Below are positions 17,489 to 27,418 of a stretch of 64,000 bases of DNA, piece by piece (the first letter of the stretch is position 1; every line of letters begins with the position of its first letter). Origin of the DNA: Chthoniobacteraceae bacterium. GTDB lineage: Bacteria > Verrucomicrobiota > Verrucomicrobiia > Chthoniobacterales > Chthoniobacteraceae. Under the pieces are notes generated by a model. The model made no database searches and was not told the DNA's origin. It saw nothing but the letters and a program-made list of their open reading frames with translations. Position numbers and translations under genes: made by a program. The stretch spans positions 64,001-128,000 of the forward strand of contig JBBCKI010000029.1 in the NCBI GenBank assembly GCA_037190965.1. Direction: 5' to 3'.

Positions 17489-18413
17489 TTTTCCAGATGG
17501 GGACGTAGTTGAACCATTGGTCGGGATGCGGGCGGATGATCTTCTCGAAAGCAGTCGCGATGTGTTGCGTATTTCGCGTGAGGCTCTCGCGGCGGTCGGC
17601 CATCGGCTCCAGCGCAATGGCGGGTTCGGCAAAGGCATGATAGCGACCGCTTGGGTTCTGCAGGACGAAGGCGGGGATGATGGCGGCTCCGGTGTGCTGC
17701 CATAAAAGAACCGGCGCGGTGGAGAAGGTGGTCTCGCGGTCGAAGAATTCGACGGGCGATCCGGTTTCGGCATAAGGACGGTCCACCAGCATGCAGACGA
17801 TTTCGTTGCGGCGTAGCGCGGCGATCATCTCCACAAACGCGAATTTGTTCTCCCCGACGGCAATGGTGCGGATGCCGAGCCGCTTCCGGTATTCGTCGCG
17901 CGTGCGCGTCAGCTCGCCGGTCGGCTCTTCCAAGGTGACGACATTGATGGGCCAGCCGTCGAGCGCCAGCAGGGTGCCTCCCAATTCCCAATTGCCAAGG
18001 TGCGCGGTGATCAGGACGACGCCCTTCCCCAGCGCCAGCGCGGCCCGCAGATTATCGATGCCGCGCCATTCATCGAGGAGCGCGCGGATGTCGTTGGGCT
18101 GGGCGGCGGTGCAGTAAAAGTAATCGGCCAGCATGCGGCCGAAATTGCGGAAGTTGTCGCGGCAGAGCCGGTTCAGCGTGGCGTTGTCGGCTTGTTCGTT
18201 TGGCGGTTCGGTTTGTTTTGTTCCTTCTGCCTCGCGCGACGCCATGACGCACTGGAGGTTTTGCCGAAGGGCGATGCGTGAGCCGGTATTGGTGAAATAA
18301 CTGGCTAGCCCCAGAAGGCTGCCAATCGCGCGGCAAAGCGGGCGCGGCAGGAGACGCGCGAGGGTGTACCCAAGCCGAAAGCCGCTGTCGCTATATCCCG
18401 GGTGGCGCTTCAT
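17475..18413 (-). CDS. Lysophospholipid / lipid A (LpxL/HtrB-family) acyltransferase
   Basis: GKGVVLITAHLGNWE, MLVDRP, VEFF, I..HPDQWF. Confidence 0.9.
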   Translation of the reverse strand: MKRHPGYSDSGFRLGYTLARLLPRPLCRAIGSLLGLASYFTNTGSRIALRQNLQCVMASREAEGTKQTEPPNEQADNATLNRLCRDNFRNFGRMLADYFYCTAAQPNDIRALLDEWRGIDNLRAALALGKGVVLITAHLGNWELGGTLLALDGWPINVVTLEEPTGELTRTRDEYRKRLGIRTIAVGENKFAFVEMIAALRRNEIVCMLVDRPYAETGSPVEFFDRETTFSTAPVLLWQHTGAAIIPAFVLQNPSGRYHAFAEPAIALEPMADRRESLTRNTQHIATAFEKIIRPHPDQWFNYVPIWKNETS

Positions 18414-20893
18414 CGGCTGCCCCTCCAAAGGTATGCCGGAAGAATAAAGACGAGCGTGGAGATCAGGCACGAGGTTACTCCCAGAGCACAAACCAGGCCG
18501 AGACTGGAGAGGGCGGGGTGCGTCGCAAAACCGAGGGAGGCAAACCCGGCGATGGTGGTCAACCCGCTCAGGAGCACCGGTTTGATGACGACGGCGAGCG
18601 CCTTCGGGCCGCCACGCTCGCGCACGCCGAGAATGGTGTAAATGCCGTAGTCGACCCCCACCCCCAGGACGAGCGGGAAGGCGAGGACGTTGAAGAGATT
18701 GAGGCTTAATCCCGTGAGCTTAAGCCCCGCAATCATTGCGCCGACACTCAACGCAAGGCTCAGGAGCAGCACCAGAAGTGGCGCAACGGCCCGATAAAGA
18801 AAGGCGAGCACAATGACGATGAAGAGCACCATCACCACGCTAAGGTTCCGCAGCTTGGTTTTGGACCACGGCACGAGATCCGCCATCACGTAGCTCCACC
18901 CGGTAAAGCTCGCATTGACCCCGGGCGCTTCCAGCGCTTCACGAAGTTGCCGCTGGTCGAGTTCCGAAGAAATTGTTTGGTTTGGCGTGATGTAGGCGAG
19001 GCCAACGTTCGGGGTTTCGGAAAGGAAGCGGTCGAGGATGAAAATCCAGCTCGATGCTTCGGGGAGCGTTTGACGCCAGTTCGCGGGGGTGCGGTCGCCC
19101 CGGCTCAAGGTTTCGAGCGAGTCGATCAACCCGAACGCGCCTTGGAACGACTGCGGGTCAAAGCCCTCCCGGTCGAGCGATTCGCTTAACGCCTTCCTTG
19201 CCGGGGCGAAGTCAAACCCGTTGAGGCTGGCAGCGTTGGTTTCCAGCCGCTCGGGAGCGAGCGCGAAGGCGGCGGGAGAGGTGATGTTCTTGATTTCGCC
19301 CTTCTCCTTGGCGGCCAGCCAGCGTTCCTGCGCTTTGGCCCAGCGATCGTAAAAGTCCCCAGCGTCCTTGCCTTCGATGATTGCGAGCACCGGTTCCACT
19401 TCCGCCGCCGGGAGTTTCGAGGTGATCTTGCGGAGCGCGAAACCGGCGCGGCTGTCGGCCGGCTCCAGCGATTTTGGATTTGCTTCGATCCGGATTTTCC
19501 CAAACGGCGAAAACGCAAAAATATTCAGCGCGATCAACCCCGTCAGCCCGGCGATCGCCACCGGCTTGGCCGATTTGAAAAGTCGGGTGACATACCAGTC
19601 CGTAGCCCCGGCGATGAAGTCACGCTTTCCGACCGTATAATTGCGGCCCAGGAGGGCGAAAAAGACGGTCATCATCAGGAACGCGGCGGTGAGGACGCCG
19701 ATGCCGATCAATGCCCCCAACTGCGCAAACCCGGGCGACTCGCTGAGCGTCAGCGACGCGAAAGACGCCGCCGCCGTGGCCGCCCCAAACAGGATGCCGC
19801 GCCCGAGCAGATTTACGGCGCGAATGGCGGCGGCTTCATGATCTTCACCCTTTTCCCGGGCCGCCTGGTAAGTCCCGAAAAGGAGCATCCCGAAATCGAC
19901 CCCGATGCCGATCATGATCGCGCAGACGCCCATCGTCACCACATTCAAGTGCCCGAAAAGGAGCGTTCCCGCGGCCACCGCGACAAGGCAGCAGAGCAGC
20001 AGGACATGGACAATGGCAAAAAGCGGGCGGATCCTGCGGAAGCCAAGATAAAAAATACACGCCACCAACGCCACCGATCCGGCGATGGTGGAAATAATAT
20101 CGCCTTTCATGCTGAGCGACATTTCGCTCACGTAAGGGGTTCGCCCCGTGACGAGGATTTCCGGCGCCGGGCCTTCCCAGGAGGCGAGCACCCGGGCCTT
20201 GAACGCTTCGACCGTGCGCATCATCTCCTGGCAGGCATCGGCGTCCAGGTTCTCCTGGCGCACCACGGCGATGGCCACCCGCAATGTCCCGTCCGGGGAG
20301 GCGAAGGGGCGGGTGCTGTTGTCCATGGAGAACGAATTCGCCATTGGCTTGAGCGCGGCGACGACGAGACCGGTTGGATCGAAATTCAACTCCATCTCCG
20401 CCTTGATGGAGCCAGCCTCGATCTCGGCCCGCTTGCGGGTGAGCCGTTCCGAGAGGGCGCTCGGTTGCAGTTTCTCCAGCGCCTTGGAGAAGTCCTCCGG
20501 CGGGAGGTTGAGCAGCAGCGGGACGGCCAGCTTTTGCACTTCGGCAATCCCTTCCGCCGACTCCATTGGCACGCGGTCCATCACGCGGACCACCCACGGT
20601 TCCTTCCTCAATGCCTCTCCGAAATGCTCGGCAAAACCGTCGAGATCGGACGCGCCTTCTTCATCCCAGAGCGCGAAGGTCAGTTCATGCGCCTGGGAGA
20701 AGTTGCGGTCGAAGATCTTGAGCCCCTGCACCGAGTCGAACCGCTGGGGCAGAAGGTTAAGGATGTCGGAATCGAGGCGCGCGCGCAGTACGATCACCGC
20801 AACGCAGATCAGGGCGAGGAGGGCGGCAATCGCGGCCGTTCGTAACGGGTAACGGACGGCGAGGCGGGCTAGGCGTGTTTCCGGCTTCATCAT
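18410..20893 (-). CDS. MMPL/RND-family lipid exporter
   Basis: Two TM bundles with GIGVDFG and GVGVDYG motifs, separated by large soluble loops. Confidence 0.9.
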   Translation of the reverse strand: MMKPETRLARLAVRYPLRTAAIAALLALICVAVIVLRARLDSDILNLLPQRFDSVQGLKIFDRNFSQAHELTFALWDEEGASDLDGFAEHFGEALRKEPWVVRVMDRVPMESAEGIAEVQKLAVPLLLNLPPEDFSKALEKLQPSALSERLTRKRAEIEAGSIKAEMELNFDPTGLVVAALKPMANSFSMDNSTRPFASPDGTLRVAIAVVRQENLDADACQEMMRTVEAFKARVLASWEGPAPEILVTGRTPYVSEMSLSMKGDIISTIAGSVALVACIFYLGFRRIRPLFAIVHVLLLCCLVAVAAGTLLFGHLNVVTMGVCAIMIGIGVDFGMLLFGTYQAAREKGEDHEAAAIRAVNLLGRGILFGAATAAASFASLTLSESPGFAQLGALIGIGVLTAAFLMMTVFFALLGRNYTVGKRDFIAGATDWYVTRLFKSAKPVAIAGLTGLIALNIFAFSPFGKIRIEANPKSLEPADSRAGFALRKITSKLPAAEVEPVLAIIEGKDAGDFYDRWAKAQERWLAAKEKGEIKNITSPAAFALAPERLETNAASLNGFDFAPARKALSESLDREGFDPQSFQGAFGLIDSLETLSRGDRTPANWRQTLPEASSWIFILDRFLSETPNVGLAYITPNQTISSELDQRQLREALEAPGVNASFTGWSYVMADLVPWSKTKLRNLSVVMVLFIVIVLAFLYRAVAPLLVLLLSLALSVGAMIAGLKLTGLSLNLFNVLAFPLVLGVGVDYGIYTILGVRERGGPKALAVVIKPVLLSGLTTIAGFASLGFATHPALSSLGLVCALGVTSCLISTLVFILPAYLWRGSR

Positions 20894-20980
20894 GCGAAGG
20901 GCACAATGAGCCTTAAAACGGGCTTGCTGTCACGGGTTTGTACTGAAGTAAATGGGGGAAAGTGGAATTGGCCGCTGCAA

Positions 20981-21505
20981 TCACTTTGCAAAAACGAACA
21001 CGAAGCGTTCGTGGGTCTTTGGGTAATCGACCGTTACACGGTGGCCAGTTCCTGCTCGTTCGCTTCGGGCCGTCCAGCGCAGGGGCGCTCCTGCTGAGGA
21101 TTCCGCTCTCGGGTTTGCATCAAGAGCCGCGAATGCCTCGCGCAAAGACATCCAGGAAGAAAGCCGGCCGGCCCGCATGGGATTGCCAGACCAGCTTCCC
21201 CGGGCAAAAAGCCCCTCGGCCCGAGCCAGGTTTTCCGACTCCCGCAGGCTCATGAGCGGCAGCCCGGGGCCGGCGACGAAATCGAGCTGGAAATTGCGGG
21301 CGCCGTCACGGCTCACAACGGCCTCCCCGATCACGGCTCTTTGTGGCGTGGCATAGCGAAGCTGGCCGACCGAGGTTTTCCATCCGGGACCGGGCGAGGG
21401 GAAGCTGGAAGCTGCCGCACCGGAGCGCGGTGCCTGACAGCCGGTTTGCAAGGCCAGCAGCGCAACGGCTCCGGCGTACAGAATAAGACGAGGCAATGAT
21501 TTCAT
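20981..21505 (-). CDS. Putative lipoprotein
   Basis: MKSLPRLILYAGAVALLALQTGC lipobox-like signal; lies within the operon. Confidence 0.7.
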   Translation of the reverse strand: MKSLPRLILYAGAVALLALQTGCQAPRSGAAASSFPSPGPGWKTSVGQLRYATPQRAVIGEAVVSRDGARNFQLDFVAGPGLPLMSLRESENLARAEGLFARGSWSGNPMRAGRLSSWMSLREAFAALDANPRAESSAGAPLRWTARSERAGTGHRVTVDYPKTHERFVFVFAK

Positions 21506-21513
21506 GGAGGGCA

Positions 21514-22794
21514 TTATTTCGTGGAAGCCAGCGGCATTGGCCGCTGGGGCGGCCCCGGGGTCAAATCGAGCCGGGGGCAGAGAGCGAAGCGTTTTTGAAG
21601 TTTGACGACGAGGTAGAAAAGCTCCATCCGCCATTTGACGGCCCAGGAAGCCCCCAGATTGCCCGCCAGCACGGAGTTGATCGCCTGCGGCAATTTCAAC
21701 CGGCGTTCGGGACGGATGAACACTTCGATAAATTCCGGGCAATACCATGCCGTCACGAACCGGAGGTAAAGATCCATGACGCCGTGAAGCTTCTTTTCAT
21801 ATTTTGCGAAAGCCTTCGGGCCGCGGTGAGGAGTCGAGAGCGCGATTTCCACTGCCTCGGCGGCTTGTTCGCCGGAAATGAGCGCCATGAAGACGCCGGT
21901 GCTGAAGACCGGGTCAATAAACCCTGCGGCGTCGCCTGCCAGAAGCCAGCGTTCCCCGGTCAGGCGGGTGTTGCGGTACGAGTAATCGCCCGCGGCATAA
22001 ACCTGTGAGGCACGGGTGGCGCGGCTCATCCGCTCCATGATGACCGGTTGCTCCACGATCGCCTGCTCCAGGAATTGTTCCGGCGGCTGCTTGAAGCGTT
22101 TGAAGTCGGCCGTGTCCATGACGAGGCCGATGCTCATCCTCGTTTCCGTCAGCGGGATCATCCAGAACCAGCGATCCTTGGCGCGGATGATCCGGATGAG
22201 GGTGCCATCGACGCCCGGTTCCCGGTCCACATCCTCGTAGTGGGCATACACCGCGAATTTCTGAAGGTGCGGGTAGGTCTTCTTCAGGCCGAACTGCGTC
22301 CCCAGGAGCGAGTTGCGCCCCGTGGCGTCGATAACGAACCGCGCGCGCACCGTTTCCCCGCCCGCCAGCTTCACGGTCGCTCCCTCCGGGTCGAAATCGG
22401 CCCGTTCCACCTGCACTTCTTCGCGCACTTCCGCGCCGTTTTCGACGGCATGGTCGAGGAGGATTTTGTCGAACTCCGAGCGCGTCACCTGATAGGCTGT
22501 GGGGTGGGGCACCTGCAGTCCCTCGCGGAAATAGAACTTGAGGTTGTGCGAGCCGCAGGAAGTCGCGATCTCCGCCCCGTGTTTGATGATAAAGCGCGCG
22601 TTGAGTTTCTCGCGCACGCCAAGCCGGTCGAAGGTCTCCGTGCTGAAAGGGAGGAGCGACTCCCCAATCTTGAACCGGGGAAACTTCTCACGCTCAAGAA
22701 CGAGGACTTTTCGGCCGCCGCGCGCAAGCAGGGTCGCTGCCGCGCTGCCCGCCGGGCCGCCGCCAAGAATGACCGTATCGTAGACTGTTTCCAT
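21514..22794 (-). CDS. Flavin-dependent halogenase-family oxidoreductase
   Basis: GGGPAG, FPRFKIGESLLP, WFWMIP (WxWxIP), GDAAGFIDPVFSTGV. Confidence 0.88.
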   Translation of the reverse strand: METVYDTVILGGGPAGSAAATLLARGGRKVLVLEREKFPRFKIGESLLPFSTETFDRLGVREKLNARFIIKHGAEIATSCGSHNLKFYFREGLQVPHPTAYQVTRSEFDKILLDHAVENGAEVREEVQVERADFDPEGATVKLAGGETVRARFVIDATGRNSLLGTQFGLKKTYPHLQKFAVYAHYEDVDREPGVDGTLIRIIRAKDRWFWMIPLTETRMSIGLVMDTADFKRFKQPPEQFLEQAIVEQPVIMERMSRATRASQVYAAGDYSYRNTRLTGERWLLAGDAAGFIDPVFSTGVFMALISGEQAAEAVEIALSTPHRGPKAFAKYEKKLHGVMDLYLRFVTAWYCPEFIEVFIRPERRLKLPQAINSVLAGNLGASWAVKWRMELFYLVVKLQKRFALCPRLDLTPGPPQRPMPLASTK

Positions 22795-22901
22795 GGAGGG
22801 GAAGGAAATAGCACATCCCCGGGCAGTTGGAACAGTCTAATGGTGAGGGAGCGGCGGGTGAGGGGATGGTGAAGGAATGGAGAGGGGGAACTAAGAAGCC
22901 G

Positions 22902-23522
22902 TTAGGAAGCCCTCTTACCGATCTGCTTCTGCATTTTCGCCATGCACTTCGGGCAGATGCCGTGGGTGAAGTCGGTTCCGACTTCGGTGTGGATATACTC
23001 TTCGATCTGGTGCCAGTAATCCTGGTCGTCCCGGATGCTCTTGCAGTACATGCAGATTGGGAGCAGTTCCTTGAGCTTGCGCACGTCGGCAAGGGCGGCC
23101 TCCAGGTCCGCGACTTTCCTGGCCAGCGTGCGTTCCAGATCGACGACACGCTGGCCGACCTTGAGGCGGGCCCGGAGTTCGTCCGGATCAAACGGTTTGA
23201 TGACGTAATCGTCCGCCCCGGCTTCCAGCCCGGCGGCGACTTCCTCCTTCTGGCTCTTGGCCGTCAGCAGGAGAAGGTAGACGTAAGGGCGGTCCTTGCG
23301 GGCGCGCACCCGCTGGCAGACTTCCACGCCGTCCACCTTCGGCATCATCCAGTCGAGAATGGCGATGGGAGGGGCGTCGTCGGAATCGAGAATTTTAAAC
23401 GCGGCTTCTCCGTCTTCGGCACTCACGACACTAAAACCCCAGTTGCTGAGATTCCGTTCAAGAAGGTGCCTGGAGACGTAATGGTCTTCTGCAATCAGGA
23501 TTCGGTTGGCATCCGCGCTCAT
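22902..23522 (-). CDS. Response regulator (receiver + Cys-rich C-terminal domain)
   Basis: ILIAED, ILDWMMP, GADDYVIKPF; LLPICMYCKSIRD...THGICPKC. Confidence 0.9.
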   Translation of the reverse strand: MSADANRILIAEDHYVSRHLLERNLSNWGFSVVSAEDGEAAFKILDSDDAPPIAILDWMMPKVDGVEVCQRVRARKDRPYVYLLLLTAKSQKEEVAAGLEAGADDYVIKPFDPDELRARLKVGQRVVDLERTLARKVADLEAALADVRKLKELLPICMYCKSIRDDQDYWHQIEEYIHTEVGTDFTHGICPKCMAKMQKQIGKRAS

Positions 23523-23658
23523 CACCAATGGCAACTGTGCACTACTCCTTTCTTTTTCGCAAGCGTCCTGCATCACGGGCGCGTCGATTTCCTTGGGAAG
23601 GCGCTTTCGGCTTTGCGTTTTCCTGTGAATTGTTTTTTTCTTCCAAGAGAGCACTCTC

Positions 23659-24960
23659 ATGAAAGTTTCCGACCTGCGTGGCATTTTGCAGTATATCCCC
23701 CGGTTTCGGGAGAAGATCTTCGTGGTCGCTCTCGACGGCGACGTCGTGGCCTCCAGAAATTTCGGAAATATCCTCCTGGATCTCGCCGTGCTCCGGTCCC
23801 TGAACATCAAGGTTATCCTCGTGCATGGAGCCGCCTATCAGATCGAACGGCTGGCCGAGGAGCGGGGAGTGACCATCAGCAATTCCGACGGCACCGGGCC
23901 TACCGATGAGGCCACGCTGAGCCTGAGCATCGACGCCGGGATCCGCATCACCAACGAGATCATGCAGGGGCTCACCTCCGTGGATTTGCGTGCGGCTTAC
24001 GCCAACGTCATCATCTCGCACCCGTTCGGCATCCGGGGCGGCATCGATTTCCTGCACACCGGCAAGGTGGAGCGGGTGGACACGCAGTCGCTGCGGCTTT
24101 TTCTCGACGAGGGGATCATTCCCGTCATCCCTCCCATGGGGTTCGACGGCGAGGGGAAGACCTTCCGGGTCAACTCCGACAGCATCGCCTTCGAGGTCGC
24201 CGAGGCCGTGCGCGCGATGAAGATCATTTACCTGATGGCCGACGACGGCCTCTGCGTCAACGGGGAGGTCGTCCGGGAACTTTCCATCGACGCCGCCGAA
24301 GAGGTGCTCAAACGGCGCAAGCTTCCCCCGAATCTTGCCTCCAAGATCGACCAGGGCGCGCGCGCCTGCCGCAACAGCATCCCCCGGGTCCATTTGCTGA
24401 ACGGGCTCCTCAACGAGGCGCTCCTGAGCGAAGTTTTTAGCCACGACGGCATCGGCACGATGATCTACTCCAACGATTATCAGCAGATCCGGCGGGTTTT
24501 CAAAAAGGATGTCCGCGCCGTCATGGGCCTCATCAGGCAGAGCGTCAACAACGAGGAACTGATCCGCCGCACCCGGGCCGATATTCTGGCCCGGATTGAC
24601 GATTACTGGGTGCTGGAAATCGATCGCACCCTGGTCGGCTGCGTCGCCCTGCACTGTTACGAGGAGGATAAAATGGCTGAGCTGGCCTGTCTCTACGTCA
24701 GCAAGAACAGCGAGGGGCAGGGGTACGGGCGAAAATTGATGGCGTTTGCCGAAAAGCGCGCGGCGGAGAAAGGGATGGAGAAAATCTTCGCCCTCTCCAC
24801 CCAGGCATTTGCTTATTTTCAGCAAAAAGGAGGGTATCACGAGGTGCCGCCCCACATGCTTCCCGTCGAACGGAGGGAAAAATACCTGGTGAGTAACCGG
24901 AATTCCAAGATCCTGATGAAAGAGGTGCGGGTGCTCTCCAAGGTGCCGAAGATCGGGTAG
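23659..24960 (+). CDS. argA: Amino-acid N-acetyltransferase (N-acetylglutamate synthase)
   Basis: Kinase-like domain (YIPRFREKIFVVAL, LVHGA) plus GNAT domain (GCVAL, AELACLYV, GQGYG). Confidence 0.9.
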   Translation: MKVSDLRGILQYIPRFREKIFVVALDGDVVASRNFGNILLDLAVLRSLNIKVILVHGAAYQIERLAEERGVTISNSDGTGPTDEATLSLSIDAGIRITNEIMQGLTSVDLRAAYANVIISHPFGIRGGIDFLHTGKVERVDTQSLRLFLDEGIIPVIPPMGFDGEGKTFRVNSDSIAFEVAEAVRAMKIIYLMADDGLCVNGEVVRELSIDAAEEVLKRRKLPPNLASKIDQGARACRNSIPRVHLLNGLLNEALLSEVFSHDGIGTMIYSNDYQQIRRVFKKDVRAVMGLIRQSVNNEELIRRTRADILARIDDYWVLEIDRTLVGCVALHCYEEDKMAELACLYVSKNSEGQGYGRKLMAFAEKRAAEKGMEKIFALSTQAFAYFQQKGGYHEVPPHMLPVERREKYLVSNRNSKILMKEVRVLSKVPKIG

Positions 24961-25020
24961 GGGAGAAAACCGAAAAGCGGAGACCGGAAAGTGGGGAGCG
25001 GTGGGTTCGCCCCGAACTTC

Positions 25021-25184
25021 CTCTCGTTCCCAAACTCTGTTTGGGAATGCCATTGTCCCCCGAAACTCCAGTTTCGCAACCTCACTTCACGGCACACCGC
25101 CATAGCAAGGGGAGGTCCTCAGTGGCGCACGAATCAGAGATTCGAAGACAGGGGCGTTACCAATCTGGAGATTGGTAACGAGAG
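25021..25184. repeat. REPIN/MITE-like palindromic element
   Basis: Imperfect terminal inverted repeats CTCTCGTTCCCAAACTCTGTTTGGGAATGC / GCGTTACCAATCTGGAGATTGGTAACGAGAG, each a hairpin; inner hairpins at 25061..25076 and 25130..25144. Confidence 0.75.
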
Positions 25185-25264
25185 TCGGAAAGAAAAGGCT
25201 CCAGTCTCGAACTCCGCCAAGTCTTGACCCGGGCGCAACCCCGGGTTACATCGGGGCATCCCCC

Positions 25265-26293
25265 ATGCCCCTCAAGAGTTATGGCGTTTTAAAAGCCCGC
25301 CTTAAGGCGCGGCGTGCTTCCACGGAGAAACACATGCATTACCACCTTTGGGTGGAGGCGAACGGGCTCGATTACAGGGCATCGGTCAGTGTCCGTTCTG
25401 TCCTGCACCCTTCGGAGATGGAATATCTTATTGATTTCCAGTTTCGGCACCCGATCACGCGGGAGCTTGCCTCCCTGTCGCCCGGTTTTCACGCGTTGGA
25501 GCCCTGCCCCGGCACGCTGGCGCTCGACTATATCCGTTGCAACCTCGTTGAGCGAAACCGCTTCCTGACCCTTCCTTGCACCGGCCCGGGATGCGGTGCG
25601 GACCTCAATGAAGTCCTCGACAACGTGATCTGCGCGGCTATCGCCGATCCCGAATGCTGGATTTACATCTACGGGGAGCCGTGGGAGGCACAGGCGACCG
25701 ACCGCATCTTCCGGTTCTTCCCCTCTCTTGGAATTCACGATGTTCATATGAACCAGGGGAACGCCCCGGGGCATTGGGAGCAGGACGGCTCATGGCAGGA
25801 TGGGGCCATCTTGATAGAGCGCCCCCGGCAGCGACGCTGGGTCGGCGTTTTCCTGAAGTTTCAGTCCCAGTCGTGGCATACCGACGACGTCACCGGCCAT
25901 GCGCTGACTGCCAGCTTCTTTCATGAGGGCGACGGGGTGCCGCTTGACCGCCATGGCGTTCCTCGGCCTGACGGGATGGTGCGGATCATCGCCGCCATGG
26001 TGCATTCTCCCGATGGTGCCAAGCAGCGGCCCGAGTCAGTCACGCTCTTTAACGTCTGCCCGATTTTTGTCGATCTTACAGGGTGGATGCTGGTCAATCG
26101 TGAAAAGCGACGGTGGCGGCTGCGCGGCGGGCTAGCCCCCGGAGAAGCGAGGGAAATCCCGCTGGGCGCCTCAATGCCGCTTGGCAACCGGGGCGGCGTC
26201 ATCACGCTTCTCAACCGGCAAGGGTTGAAAGTTCATGGCGTCAGCTACACGGCGGAGCAGGCGTCCGAAGAGGGATGGAGCATTACATTTTAG
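25265..26293 (+). CDS. YukJ/DUF2278-family protein with C-terminal lamin-tail-like domain
   Basis: YGVLK, LDYIR, GIHDVHMNQGN, WQDG, FQSQSWHTDD; ESVTLFN..VDLTGW...L.N.GG.ITL. Confidence 0.85.
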   Translation: MPLKSYGVLKARLKARRASTEKHMHYHLWVEANGLDYRASVSVRSVLHPSEMEYLIDFQFRHPITRELASLSPGFHALEPCPGTLALDYIRCNLVERNRFLTLPCTGPGCGADLNEVLDNVICAAIADPECWIYIYGEPWEAQATDRIFRFFPSLGIHDVHMNQGNAPGHWEQDGSWQDGAILIERPRQRRWVGVFLKFQSQSWHTDDVTGHALTASFFHEGDGVPLDRHGVPRPDGMVRIIAAMVHSPDGAKQRPESVTLFNVCPIFVDLTGWMLVNREKRRWRLRGGLAPGEAREIPLGASMPLGNRGGVITLLNRQGLKVHGVSYTAEQASEEGWSITF

Positions 26294-27332
26294 CGGAGCC
26301 GCTCATCGCGCCCATCGCACTCATTGGCTCCGTCTGCACGCTTGCCATGCCCCGCTTGAGGTTGTGGCGCGGATCGCCGCAGCCGCCCTCTCCGCTGGGC
26401 CGAACGTGGGGGAAGGCAACCTCGGTGGTACCCTTGAACGCGTAAGGATCCTCGCCCGCCACCATGACAATGTCGCGATAATCGAGGGTCCCCATGGTCT
26501 CTCCTTCCTTGGGAGGATGCCATGGGAGGAGCGATTCGGCGCTCATGTAATGGTTGACTAACGCCCTGCGGTAGCCTCCCGAAGCGGTGTTCGGCAGCGA
26601 GCGATGCAGCAGGTAGCCGTTGAAGAAAACGATCGATCCCGCCTTTACCTCCACAGGAGAGCCTCCCTCTTTCTCATAGGGAAAGATTGATTCCCCCGTG
26701 CAGTCGAATCGTTTGTCGCCATGCGCCTTTGCGGGCCAGAGGATCCCCGGTTTGTGCGAGCCCGGGATCACCCAGAGACACCCGTTCTCAATCGTGGCGT
26801 CGTCAAGTGCGATCCATCCTCCGGTAAGCGAGCGGTCGCGGGTCGGGATAAAGAATTCGTCCTGATGCCACGCCTGCCCCGGTTTGCCGGAGGCTTTTAC
26901 AAAGAGCATCGATTGCATGCACTTGACGTTGGGGCCGATTACTCGCGTGAGCGTAGTCACCTCCGCCGGATGGGTCACCGCATCGCGCATTGGCGGGGAA
27001 ATCTTGTGGGGAAAGTGAATGCAGAGAATGCGTCGCAGCACCTCTTCGTCGGTTTCGCCCGGCGCGGCTGGAATCGTCCCGCGCAATTCGCCGCGTTCGC
27101 CCCGGCAGATCGCCACCGTCTCGCGATTGAGCGCTGCGACTTCATCGGGCGAGAGCGCGTTTTCGATCACGAGGAATCCGTTCTCGCGGTAGAAATCCGT
27201 AGCCTCCGGCGGCAACGGCATGGAGTAGTACCCCGGAGGACGCCCTTCCGAGGGCCAGGTGGAGAACTTCGCCGCTCCGGAAGAGCCGGAAGTTTCACCT
27301 CGCGCTTCAACAGAGTTAAGACTTATGCTCAT
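26283..27332 (-). CDS. Phytanoyl-CoA dioxygenase (PhyH) family 2OG-Fe(II) oxygenase
   Basis: WHQD, WIALDDATIENGCLWVIPGSH, LLHRS..N....RR. Confidence 0.9.
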   Translation of the reverse strand: MSISLNSVEARGETSGSSGAAKFSTWPSEGRPPGYYSMPLPPEATDFYRENGFLVIENALSPDEVAALNRETVAICRGERGELRGTIPAAPGETDEEVLRRILCIHFPHKISPPMRDAVTHPAEVTTLTRVIGPNVKCMQSMLFVKASGKPGQAWHQDEFFIPTRDRSLTGGWIALDDATIENGCLWVIPGSHKPGILWPAKAHGDKRFDCTGESIFPYEKEGGSPVEVKAGSIVFFNGYLLHRSLPNTASGGYRRALVNHYMSAESLLPWHPPKEGETMGTLDYRDIVMVAGEDPYAFKGTTEVAFPHVRPSGEGGCGDPRHNLKRGMASVQTEPMSAMGAMSGSAKM

Positions 27333-27418
27333 AAATATCTTTTATCATTCCGATGCCCTCGAAGAACATCGCTGGATCCATCGAAAACCTATCTGGAATT
27401 GATGGGGTGGCCTCCGCC

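Noticed and set aside
23542..25053. 503-aa minus-strand ORF and similar long antisense ORFs (22827..23909, 36719..37666, 59988..60881)
   Set aside because: Shadow frames opposite well-supported genes, as expected in high-GC DNA.
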